A model generated the notes under the pieces. It was not told the origin of the DNA, ran no database searches, and worked only from the letters and a program-made list of their open reading frames with translations. 43,767 nt of DNA from Candidatus Uhrbacteria bacterium (lineage in GTDB: Bacteria; Patescibacteriota; Patescibacteriia; UBA9934; GWF2-40-263), in assembly GCA_043808565.1 (NCBI GenBank), contig JAZDEQ010000016.1, forward strand, positions 1 through 43,767. The letters are read 5' to 3'. The position numbers were made by a program, and so were the translations under genes. The first letter of the stretch is position 1, and the number at the start of each line of letters is the position of its first letter. This document shows, piece after piece, positions 1 to 7,946 of this stretch.

Positions 1-126
1 ATCCTTATGAGAAAGATTACTCTTGCCCTCCTTAAACAGGACATAACCACCAAAGCCGGCATCAAAGCTAAACGCCACAAGGCCGGATGGGATGAAAACT
101 ATTTGTTAAAAACATTGGGGATTTAA
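1..126 (+). CDS. ISAs1-family transposase, C-terminal fragment (5' partial; not in the ORF track)
   Basis: Manual translation of frame +1; KAGWD motif; TAA at 124-126. Confidence 0.85.
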   Translation: MLMRKITLALLKQDITTKAGIKAKRHKAGWDENYLLKTLGI

Positions 127-140
127 GTGCGATTGCCCTG
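1..140 (+). mobile_element. Right end of an ISAs1-family insertion sequence (truncated by the window edge)
   Basis: Frame +1, 1..126, reads ILMRKITLALLKQDITTKAGIKAKRHKAGWDENYLLKTLGI*, matching the typical ISAs1 transposase C-terminus (LLK..K.GIK.KR.KAGWD..YL). It is followed by GTGCGATTGCCCTG (127-140), resembling the ISAs1 terminal IR (CAGGG... on the other strand). Confidence 0.85.
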
Positions 141-152
141 GGGGTGAGGGCA

Positions 153-181
153 TTGACTTTTTCCTCAAAAAGAGCTATCAT
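153..181 (+). promoter_or_regulatory. Sigma70-type promoter for the 255..1253 gene
   Basis: TTGACT (153-158), 17 nt, TATCAT (176-181); SD GGAGG at 245-249 before ATG 255. Confidence 0.65.
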
Positions 182-254
182 TAGCCGTTCGTCTCAGACC
201 GGATTGTCCGGTTTTTGACGGTGTTCCACTACCCTTTTCGGACCGGAGGTCCAA

Positions 255-1253
255 ATGTTCGGTTCGCATAAAGACACTTCTCGAACAATCGAATTCCTCA
301 CCATCTACTCCGCAATCCTAACGGCCATCATCATAGCCGGAATCCTGGTTACCATGGTCATAAAAAACGAACAGGGCAAGGAGTTCGACAGGATCACCAA
401 AGAGAAGGCAGCGGCCGAAGCCGGCCTGACCGCGGAAACGGCAAGGCTCAAGTCTATCGAAACGAGCATAGAGACGGTCAATGAAGAAACACGGGCCGAA
501 TTCGAAAAAATGACCCGTGACTTCGAGACGGTTCCGCACTGGTTGGCTGTAGTCAACTTCGGTATGTTCCCGGCTCTCCCCGAATTCGAAGATGTGGGAC
601 ACGAGGAAACCAATATTGGCATATTCACAAAAAGAGAACAGGGATTGCCGCTGGTTTACGTGACCAACACCGGCAACATGACCCTCAAGGTCTCATGGCC
701 CAACATCATAACGGCCATGATCAGACAATGTGCCGCAGACGACGAGTGCCCAGCCGACAACGGTAACCTGTACGACTTGGGAGTGTACTTCTACGCCAAC
801 AGCGGCACCCCTCGCGACAAAGCCCTCGTCCGAGCCCTTGTCGCAGTTGCAGAGAACGTGGTTCTGGTGAACCAGATCACCTACGCCTTCAACGAAGTTC
901 CAGACAAAGATCTGAAAGACGTCCTTCCAAAGGACAAAGCAACCAAGAACATCAACAGCGCCTGGAACGCTTCGAAGGCTGACCTTGCCACTCCTCCCGC
1001 TGACAAGTGGGCACCTGGCAATCACGGTTATGAGGGCTTCTTCCGACGACGTTATGGGTCAAACCCCGCCCTCATTCTTGTCTATAAGGCGGGGATCGCC
1101 CTCGCGGCCCACAAGTACGGGCTCGAGAACAGCGGCCAGATGCTGGCCGAAGCCATCGCTGATCTCGAGAAGACAACGACAGGCCTCGACCAAAACCAGA
1201 AGCAGTGGCTTCTGGACACTCTCAATTTCGCCGCCACCCATCCGGCCAAATAA
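255..1253 (+). CDS. Hypothetical membrane-anchored protein (N-terminal TM helix, coiled coil, globular C-domain)
   Basis: 332-aa ORF with SD; TM FLTIYSAILTAIIIAGILVTMVI; visibly GC-richer than neighbours. Confidence 0.8.
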   Translation: MFGSHKDTSRTIEFLTIYSAILTAIIIAGILVTMVIKNEQGKEFDRITKEKAAAEAGLTAETARLKSIETSIETVNEETRAEFEKMTRDFETVPHWLAVVNFGMFPALPEFEDVGHEETNIGIFTKREQGLPLVYVTNTGNMTLKVSWPNIITAMIRQCAADDECPADNGNLYDLGVYFYANSGTPRDKALVRALVAVAENVVLVNQITYAFNEVPDKDLKDVLPKDKATKNINSAWNASKADLATPPADKWAPGNHGYEGFFRRRYGSNPALILVYKAGIALAAHKYGLENSGQMLAEAIADLEKTTTGLDQNQKQWLLDTLNFAATHPAK

Positions 1254-1330
1254 CTTTCCCCCTCCGCCAAGGAGGGATGCTCACACGTGCCGCGTTCATC
1301 AGAACGCGGCATTGGTTTTTTTAAAAATAA

Positions 1331-1381
1331 ACTCCAACACTCCACGACTTCACGACTCCATCACTTCAACACTCCCAACTC
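1331..1381. repeat. Degenerate 8-mer tandem repeat (ACTCCAAC/ACTCCACG/ACTTCACG/ACTCCATC), about 6 units
   Basis: Read directly; the same octamer occurs on the opposite strand inside tgt (17842-17913). Confidence 0.8.
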
Positions 1382-1410
1382 TTGATTCCTTCCCAAAAAA
1401 ACGCTACACT
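1382..1410 (+). promoter_or_regulatory. Sigma70-type promoter of the rimK-like gene
   Basis: TTGATT (1382-1387), 17 nt, TACACT (1405-1410); ATG 9 nt downstream at 1420. Confidence 0.6.
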
Positions 1411-1419
1411 TTTCCCGTT

Positions 1420-2322
1420 ATGAACATCGGAATTCTCACCTTTGGCCGGCCGCCAACTCGCGAAACTGAACCACCGTATGAATCCAAGCGCTTGTTTGAA
1501 GCGGCCAAAGCCCGCGGTCATGAAGCGCGAGTTTTTTGCGAACCTTTTTTTGCTTTTCGGGAAATCAATGGTCAGCGAGAAATTTTTTATGATAACCAAC
1601 CCATGCCGCCATGCGATGTAATTATTGCTCGCACTAATTTAATTGAGGATCAAGGGCTCCACTCAGCCACCGTCGACCTTCTTTATACGGCTGGTTATAA
1701 AATTATTAATAGCGAAACAGTTGACACTTTAACTACTAAAAATAAACTGACTCGCAAACTTTTAATGTCTCAAGCGGCTATTCCCATGCCACGCTCGACA
1801 ATTATTCGAGATATCAGCACGGCCACGATTGAGGCGGAAAAAATCGGTTTTCCGATTATTTTAAAAACCCCAAATGGTTCTGGTGGTCGTGGCGTTTTTT
1901 TGGCGGAAAATTTAAAAACTCTTTTACCAATTGTTGACTACCTCACGGCTGGTCAAAAAATTCCGGTTCTTCTCGAGGAATTTATTAAAGAAGCTGAAGG
2001 TAAAGATCTTCGGGCTTTTGTGGTTGGTGATAAAATTATCGCGGCCATGGAACGCGCCGCCAAACTTGGTGATGTTCGTTCCAACATCCACGCTGGCGGC
2101 CAAGGTTATCTAGTCGAATTAACGGCCGAAGAAAAAGATCTAGCCATTCGCGCCGCTCGAGCCGTGGGTTTAGAAATTGCTGGCGTAGATATTATTCGCT
2201 CTAGTCGTGGACCACTAATTCTCGAGGTTAATGCTCGCCCTGGTTTTGAAGGCTTGGAAGCGGCTACTGGTGTTGATGTGGCTGGTGGTATAATTGAGTA
2301 TGTTACGAATTACGAAAAGTAA
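1420..2322 (+). CDS. rimK: RimK-family ATP-grasp alpha-L-glutamate ligase
   Basis: MNIGILT start; KTPNGSGGRGV, LEEFI, DLRAFVVG, RSNIHAGG, GVDIIRS, LEVNARPGFEG motifs. Start moved from 985 to ATG 1420. Confidence 0.9.
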   Translation: MNIGILTFGRPPTRETEPPYESKRLFEAAKARGHEARVFCEPFFAFREINGQREIFYDNQPMPPCDVIIARTNLIEDQGLHSATVDLLYTAGYKIINSETVDTLTTKNKLTRKLLMSQAAIPMPRSTIIRDISTATIEAEKIGFPIILKTPNGSGGRGVFLAENLKTLLPIVDYLTAGQKIPVLLEEFIKEAEGKDLRAFVVGDKIIAAMERAAKLGDVRSNIHAGGQGYLVELTAEEKDLAIRAARAVGLEIAGVDIIRSSRGPLILEVNARPGFEGLEAATGVDVAGGIIEYVTNYEK

Positions 2323-2416
2323 CGAATATACGAATCTTTGAACTCGGTAAATTTGTAACTATGCCTTCAAACAAAAAACCAAATTCGTATATTCGGCACT
2401 TTTCGTAATTCGTAAC
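2302..2416. repeat. MITE-like palindromic element, family A copy 1 (115 bp; inverted relative to copies 2 and 5)
   Basis: 34-bp TIR GTTACGAATTACGAAAAGT(AA/GC)CGAATATACGAAT; supplies the last codons and stop of rimK and ends 4 nt before the folD ATG. Confidence 0.95.
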
Positions 2417-2420
2417 AAAT

Positions 2421-3269
2421 ATGCGCCTCTTGGACGGCAAAACTTTAGCCAAAAAAATTCGCGCGACCGTAAAAAACGAAGTCGCTAGTCTGGCTACCAA
2501 ACCTGGCCTGGCCGTTATTTTGGTTGGCAGTGATCCAGCTTCGCATCTTTACGTTTCTTTAAAAGAAAAAGCTTGCTTGACGGCGGGTATAAATTTCACT
2601 AAATATCTTTTCCTGGCCCAAACAACTGAAGCTGAATTACTACAAAAAATTAATGAGCTAAATCAAGATCAAAAAATCAACGGTATTTTGGTTCAACTTC
2701 CCTTACCCAACCAAAACGCCGATAAAATTATTGCCGCCATTAATCCCAACAAAGACGTTGATGGTTTTCATCCAGAAAATCTGCGGCGACTTGAAGCTAA
2801 CGAAACCTGTTTGGTTTCACCAGTCGTTTTGGGGGTCATGGAACTTTTAAAAAAAACTGGTGAATCATTAAATAATAAAAAAGCTGTTCTGGTAATGAGC
2901 CAAATTTTTGCTCGACCATTTACAGCTGTTTTTAATCAACAAAAAATCCAGACAGAAATAGTTTCAGCTGATGACCCGAATATTTTTGCTAAAACAAAAA
3001 ACAGCGATATTTTAATTACTGCTGTTGGTCGGCCAAATTTAATTGTCAGTCAAGGATTAAAAAACGGAGCTATTGTTATTGACATTGGAACAACTCACCT
3101 CAATGGTAAAGTAGTTGGCGATGTTGACATATCTTCGATTGAATCGACGGACGGTTGGCTTACTCCTGTTCCGGGCGGGGTGGGACCAATGACGGTGGCT
3201 TTACTCCTGCGAAACGTTTTGGCTGCTTCAAAGCAACATAACTTGCCACCAACAGCGCCAAAAAATTAA
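2421..3269 (+). CDS. folD: Bifunctional methylenetetrahydrofolate dehydrogenase/cyclohydrolase
   Basis: LLDGK, PGLAVILVG, GILVQLPLP, KDVDGFHP, TPVPGGVGPMTV motifs. Confidence 0.97.
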   Translation: MRLLDGKTLAKKIRATVKNEVASLATKPGLAVILVGSDPASHLYVSLKEKACLTAGINFTKYLFLAQTTEAELLQKINELNQDQKINGILVQLPLPNQNADKIIAAINPNKDVDGFHPENLRRLEANETCLVSPVVLGVMELLKKTGESLNNKKAVLVMSQIFARPFTAVFNQQKIQTEIVSADDPNIFAKTKNSDILITAVGRPNLIVSQGLKNGAIVIDIGTTHLNGKVVGDVDISSIESTDGWLTPVPGGVGPMTVALLLRNVLAASKQHNLPPTAPKN

Positions 3270-3594
3270 ATGATTCGGCTGTATAAGCCGAAGTCGAAAA
3301 AGCCTCCAGGGCTCCAATGTTTGGGGTAATAGCCAAAACCAACATACTGCCCAAAAAATCCAAAGCGATCCAAACGATCGCGTTTTTTATTCTTTGAGAA
3401 AGTTTAATAGCAAAACCTGGACGGAAATACAGCCAGCCAAAAAACAGTGTAGCCAACGGAACATTAACCATGGCCATCATGAGAAAAGCATTATTATAAT
3501 CAAAAATCATCCAAGCCGAAACCGCCAACAAGTTAAGGCCGTAGATAAAAGCAAAGTTTATTAGCCAGAAAAGAAAAAGACGTTTGAAGTGCAT
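3160..3594 (-). CDS. Small hypothetical membrane protein (about 4 TM helices)
   Basis: 144-aa hydrophobic ORF; its 3' end overlaps folD convergently by 110 bp. Confidence 0.7.
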   Translation of the reverse strand: MHFKRLFLFWLINFAFIYGLNLLAVSAWMIFDYNNAFLMMAMVNVPLATLFFGWLYFRPGFAIKLSQRIKNAIVWIALDFLGSMLVLAITPNIGALEAFSTSAYTAESFNFLALLVASYVALKQPKRFAGVKPPSLVPPRPEQE

Positions 3595-3604
3595 ATTTTA
3601 TTTT

Positions 3605-3766
3605 GTTACGAATTACGAAAAGTGCCGAATATACGAATTGGGTTTTTTATCGAAAGGCACAAAGATAACAAACTGATCTAGAGGAATATTTTTTCATCTT
3701 CCTTTGTCATCATTATAACTTTTGAACTCCAAATTCGTATATTCGTTACTTTTCGTAATTCGTAAC
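3605..3766. repeat. Family A element copy 2 (162 bp)
   Basis: Same 34-bp TIRs and related internal sequence. Confidence 0.95.
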
Positions 3767-3770
3767 GTCT

Positions 3771-4928
3771 TTATAAACTAAATATTGTTTGTACAATACC
3801 ACCGACAAAAATCATCACTAACAACCAAACTAAAGGCCGAGGAACATTTAAACAGTGGTGGGTTTTGAAAAAAACATTATGACGCATTTTTTCATACACG
3901 GCAATCACCAAAAGACCAATCAGGCCGCCAAAAACTCCGCCTAAAAAACCAACCAAACCAACGAATTCTTTTATACCCAAAAATAAAAGACCAACAGGAA
4001 CAAAAGAGGCCAAGGCCCAGGAAATTTTTTGCGGCCAATGATAATCCAAATGAAAAATGTTTTGGGTTTCCATGCTGACAACAGAAAAAATAGAAATTAC
4101 CGTAATCAAACCAAATAAAGAACCGATCACGGCAAAAGTTTGACCAAATACCGAAGCCAAACCATCAAAAGCCGCTTGAGTGGTAGCCGAGCCAGTTATG
4201 CCGACCACGGCAAAAGTAAAAATCGCGTAAAGAAATAAAATAATTATTTGTCCGGTAAGAATCGCGTGGGCTAAATTTTTCTCCCGACCCTTATTTGATA
4301 AAACATCTTTCATTTCCGGAATAACTCCTAAACCTGAAAAAGCAAAAAAAATCACACCGTAAGGAATAAACCAATTAGCTAAATGAAAAGAAGAAATATT
4401 CGACCAGTCAATTGACGGTAAAGCCACTAGGGTAATAAAGGCAAAAAGAAACAGTAAAGCGCAAATAATAAAAAATTCTATTTTAGCTAATTTCTTAAGA
4501 CCGCGAAAAGTTAGCGCTGAAACTAAGACGGCAACAAAAATTTGGTAAATAATAATTGGCCCGCCAAAAATTGGTGAAACTAAACGAAATAAAAAATCCC
4601 CGCCAATCAACATTTGAGCCAACATGGCTCCCCAAACATAAAAAATAAAAATAATAGCCGCAAAATGCCCAGGAATTTTACCCAAATATTTTTTAACATA
4701 CCCAGCCAGTCGGTGTTTGCCGCTAGTTTGGGAAACTACTTCGGCATACATGAGATTTAAAAACAACAACAGAAAACCAATTATCAAAAGAAAAACCAAA
4801 CCCAAAGCCCAACCGCTTTGAGCAAAAGCAAATGGCAAACCAAAAACGCCCACGCCAACCACCCCACCAATCATGGTGCCAACCGCCCGCCACCAAGGCC
4901 AATCAATATGTCCAGGTAATTTTTTCAT
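3771..4928 (-). CDS. Aromatic amino acid / APC-superfamily permease (Trp_Tyr_perm-like)
   Basis: GTMIGGVVGVGVFGLPFAFAQSG and YGVIFFAFSG.GVIPEM motifs, about 11 TM helices. Start placed at ATG 4928 downstream of an extended -10. Confidence 0.88.
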   Translation of the reverse strand: MKKLPGHIDWPWWRAVGTMIGGVVGVGVFGLPFAFAQSGWALGLVFLLIIGFLLLFLNLMYAEVVSQTSGKHRLAGYVKKYLGKIPGHFAAIIFIFYVWGAMLAQMLIGGDFLFRLVSPIFGGPIIIYQIFVAVLVSALTFRGLKKLAKIEFFIICALLFLFAFITLVALPSIDWSNISSFHLANWFIPYGVIFFAFSGLGVIPEMKDVLSNKGREKNLAHAILTGQIIILFLYAIFTFAVVGITGSATTQAAFDGLASVFGQTFAVIGSLFGLITVISIFSVVSMETQNIFHLDYHWPQKISWALASFVPVGLLFLGIKEFVGLVGFLGGVFGGLIGLLVIAVYEKMRHNVFFKTHHCLNVPRPLVWLLVMIFVGGIVQTIFSL

Positions 4929-4934
4929 GTCATC

Positions 4935-4943
4935 ATTATAGCA
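4935..4943 (-). promoter_or_regulatory. Extended -10 promoter (TGcTATAAT), probably leaderless transcript
   Basis: Minus strand reads TGCTATAAT-GATGAC-ATG. Confidence 0.7.
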
Positions 4944-4957
4944 CAAATATTTATTTG

Positions 4958-5128
4958 GTTACGAATTACGAAAAGTGCCGAATATACGAATTTGGGTTTT
5001 ATTGAAAGACGAAAAGGTGACCAATGGAACGAGAAGAATATTTTTTCATCTTCCTTTTGTCACCTCTGCCACCATTGTAACCTTTAAGTCAAAAATTCGT
5101 ATATTCGGCACTTTTCGTAATTCGTAAC
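4958..5128. repeat. Family A element copy 3 (171 bp)
   Basis: Perfect 34-bp TIRs; lies between the divergent permease and dnaB genes. Confidence 0.95.
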
Positions 5129-5204
5129 AGCCTGATTTTGTACCCACAGTTTGCTCACAAGCTAACCTTGAAAACAGTTGCCATTGAGGTAAGATAGCCG
5201 TGCT

Positions 5205-6668
5205 ATGGCTGAACAAAGAATTCCACCCCAAAACCATGAAGCCGAACAGTGTTTGTTGGGCTGTCTTTTGATTGATCCTGAAGCTTTTTATAAAGTTGCT
5301 GACATTGCCCAAAGCGATGATTTTTATCGCGAAAGTCATCGAGCAATTTACGAGGCCATGATTGATCTTAATACCAAACACGAACCAATCGATCTACTCA
5401 CCCTTGGCAACCGTTTAGAAGAACTGGGGAAAATCCAAATCTGCGGTGGCCGTACCTATCTTGTAGAATTGGCCAACTCGGTTACGACAGCCGGCAATGT
5501 GGCTCACTACGCGCAAATCGTTCAAAAAAAATCCACCCTTCGCCGTCTGCTCTCGGCCGCCGGTGATATTATGGAAATGGGTTTTAATGAAGCTGAGGAC
5601 GTTGACGTGGTTATCGACAGTGCCGAGCGTAGTTTATTTGCTGTCTCCCAAAAATTTCTCCGCTCAACTTTTATTGATATTAAAAATGTTTTGTCCGAAG
5701 CTTTTGAACGTATTGATGAGCTTCATCGCAATCGCGGCCAGTTGCGCGGCGTACCCACGGGTTTTACTGAACTTGATAATCTCATGGCCGGTCTACAAAA
5801 ATCTGATTTGGTAATTTTAGCGGCTAGGCCTTCAGTTGGTAAAACTACCTTGGCCATGGATATTGCCCGCCATGTCGGCATCAAATGTAAAATTCCGGTT
5901 GGTCTTTTTTCTCTAGAAATGTCCAAAGAACAACTAGTTGATCGTATGATCTCATCTGAAGCTGGCGTGGACTTGTGGAAATTGCGCACCGGTCGGCTTT
6001 CAGAAAATAATGAGGATTTTCCGCGCATTGGCAATGCTTTAGGCAAACTTTCTGAGGCGCCAATTTTTATTGATGATTCGCCAACCCTTAATGTTATGCA
6101 AATTCGCGCTAAAGCCCGACGTTTGCAGGCCGAAAAAGGTTTGGGATTAATTATTGTCGATTATCTTCAACTTATTGAGAGTCGCAGTAAGGGCAATTCT
6201 GATAATCGAGTTCAAGAGGTTTCAGAAATTAGTCGTTCGCTCAAACAAGTAGCTCGCGAACTTAATATTCCGGTTCTGGCCTTGTCTCAATTGTCACGTA
6301 CGGTTGAACAAAGCAAACCAGCCATTCCCAAACTTTCTCACTTGCGCGATTCTGGTTCCATTGAACAGGATGCTGACGTGGTACTTTTCATTTATCGCAA
6401 GGCTGCTGACATGAACTATCGTCAAGAAGATTTATCACCTGAAGAAAAAAATCTGGCCGAAATCTACATTGCCAAACATCGCAATGGCCCGACAGGTATG
6501 ATAAGATTATTCTTCGATGGTCAACGCACCTGTTTTCGCAATTTAGAAATGCGCCGTTCTATGGCACCTAATCCCAATCAGCCTGATAATAATTTTCCCA
6601 GTCTCCCCACCCCACCACCGCCTATGTCCGCTCCGCCGCCAATCGATTCAATGAATAATGAATTTTAA
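5205..6668 (+). CDS. dnaB: Replicative DNA helicase
   Basis: PPQNHEAEQ, AARPSVGKT, FSLEMS, IIVDYLQL, LSQLSR, LRDSGSIEQDAD, KHRNGPTG motifs; no intein. Confidence 0.98.
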   Translation: MAEQRIPPQNHEAEQCLLGCLLIDPEAFYKVADIAQSDDFYRESHRAIYEAMIDLNTKHEPIDLLTLGNRLEELGKIQICGGRTYLVELANSVTTAGNVAHYAQIVQKKSTLRRLLSAAGDIMEMGFNEAEDVDVVIDSAERSLFAVSQKFLRSTFIDIKNVLSEAFERIDELHRNRGQLRGVPTGFTELDNLMAGLQKSDLVILAARPSVGKTTLAMDIARHVGIKCKIPVGLFSLEMSKEQLVDRMISSEAGVDLWKLRTGRLSENNEDFPRIGNALGKLSEAPIFIDDSPTLNVMQIRAKARRLQAEKGLGLIIVDYLQLIESRSKGNSDNRVQEVSEISRSLKQVARELNIPVLALSQLSRTVEQSKPAIPKLSHLRDSGSIEQDADVVLFIYRKAADMNYRQEDLSPEEKNLAEIYIAKHRNGPTGMIRLFFDGQRTCFRNLEMRRSMAPNPNQPDNNFPSLPTPPPPMSAPPPIDSMNNEF

Positions 6669-6802
6669 AAATTCCAATTTCTCTTCGAGAGCCTGAGAGC
6701 TCCTCAGAGCCTCGAACGGCCAAATTCCAATTTCCAAAAAGGAAAATCTTTAAAAAAATTAATAACCATTTTGGAATTTGGTATTTAAATATTGGAAATT
6801 CC
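6669..6802. repeat. Heptamer-based imperfect palindrome, family B copy 1 (AATTCCA/AATTTCC...TTGGAAT)
   Basis: Fills the dnaB-ybaB gap; contains an extra hairpin at 6684-6716; core related to the copies at 19003 and 36462. Confidence 0.7.
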
Positions 6803-6811
6803 AACAAAACT

Positions 6812-7111
6812 ATGTTCAACAAAATCAAAGCTATCAAAGACATGCGCACCCAAGCCAAAAAACTCCAAAACGGCTTGGCCGAAATTACGGCCGAAGGCGA
6901 AGCTGCCTGGGGCAAGGTTAAAATCAAAATCGACGGCAACCAACAAATTCTTGAGGTTAAAATCGATGAAGAATTATTAAAAGACAAAAATAAACTCCAA
7001 GACGCTATCAAAGAAGCCACCAATGATGCCGTCAAAAAAATCCAACGCCAAATGGCTTTTAAAATGAAAGAACTGGGCGGCTTAGATGCTCTCAAAAATC
7101 TTGGACTCTAA
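6812..7111 (+). CDS. ybaB: YbaB/EbfC-family nucleoid-associated protein
   Basis: 99 aa; GKVKIKIDGNQQILEVKIDE...LQDAIKEATNDA; upstream of recR. Confidence 0.92.
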   Translation: MFNKIKAIKDMRTQAKKLQNGLAEITAEGEAAWGKVKIKIDGNQQILEVKIDEELLKDKNKLQDAIKEATNDAVKKIQRQMAFKMKELGGLDALKNLGL

Positions 7112-7118
7112 ATATAGG

Positions 7119-7298
7119 GTTACGAATTACGAAAAGTACCGAATATACGAATGTGATTTTTATTGAAATACACAAAGACGACAAAGGCTACAAGGATGTG
7201 GTAAGAGTATTTTTTTCATTTTTGTTTTATCACCTTTATCACCATTGTAATCTTTGAACCCCAAATTCGTATATTCGGCACTTTTCGTAATTCGTAAC
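7119..7298. repeat. Family A element copy 4 (180 bp)
   Basis: 34-bp TIRs; fills the ybaB-recR gap and ends 4 nt before the recR ATG. Confidence 0.95.
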
Positions 7299-7302
7299 AA
7301 AT

Positions 7303-7899
7303 ATGCGGCGCTTTCCTGAACCAATTCAAAACCTGGCCGCGGCTTTTACCCGGCTGCCTGGCGTGGGGCCCAAAACTGCCCTGCGCTATGTTTTTGCTTT
7401 ACTACAATTACCCAAAGAAGAATTAACTCAAACTGCTCGGCTCATCCACGAGCTGGGCGAAAAAGTTCGGGTTTGTCCGAGTTGCTTCAGCTACACCCAA
7501 AACGAAATTTGCGACCTTTGTGCTGATCCGCGTCGCGACTCGGCGCTTCTTTGTTTAGTCGAAACCTCACGCGACATTTCTACCATCGAAGCCACTGGCG
7601 CCTATCAAGGCAAATATTTTGTCTTGGGCGGACTTTTAAATCCCATCGAAGGCCTGACCCCGGAAGTTTTACGTGTTCAACCGCTTTTCAAAAAATTACG
7701 TGAAGACAAAAATATTAAAGAAATCATTCTGGCTTTTTCACCCGATGTCCACGGCGAAACCACCATGATGTACTTGGCCAAACAACTTATACCTTTTGAA
7801 AAACAACTTACCCGTTTAGCTCGCGGCCTACCAGCCGGCGCCAGCCTCGAGTTTGCCGATGAAATCACTTTGGGCGCCGCCTTCAAAGGCCGCAATTAA
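7303..7899 (+). CDS. recR: Recombination mediator RecR
   Basis: LPGVGPKTA HhH, CxxC...CxxC zinc finger, TOPRIM domain (YFVLGG, RLARGLP). Confidence 0.97.
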   Translation: MRRFPEPIQNLAAAFTRLPGVGPKTALRYVFALLQLPKEELTQTARLIHELGEKVRVCPSCFSYTQNEICDLCADPRRDSALLCLVETSRDISTIEATGAYQGKYFVLGGLLNPIEGLTPEVLRVQPLFKKLREDKNIKEIILAFSPDVHGETTMMYLAKQLIPFEKQLTRLARGLPAGASLEFADEITLGAAFKGRN

Positions 7900-7937
7900 A
7901 AAAATACTCGCGGTAAATTAACTACGAGTATTTTTTT
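7898..7937. terminator. Bidirectional intrinsic terminator
   Basis: A7-TACTCG...CGAGTA-T7 hairpin between convergent genes. Confidence 0.75.
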
Positions 7938-7946
7938 ATTATTAGT

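Noticed and set aside
985-1419. 145-aa N-terminal extension of RimK in the ORF track
   Set aside because: It overlaps the upstream gene and runs through repeats; the promoter and family start point to ATG 1420.
2302-7298. Family A repeats as a CRISPR array
   Set aside because: Copies are inverted pairs separated by whole genes, not direct repeats with unique 30-40 bp spacers.
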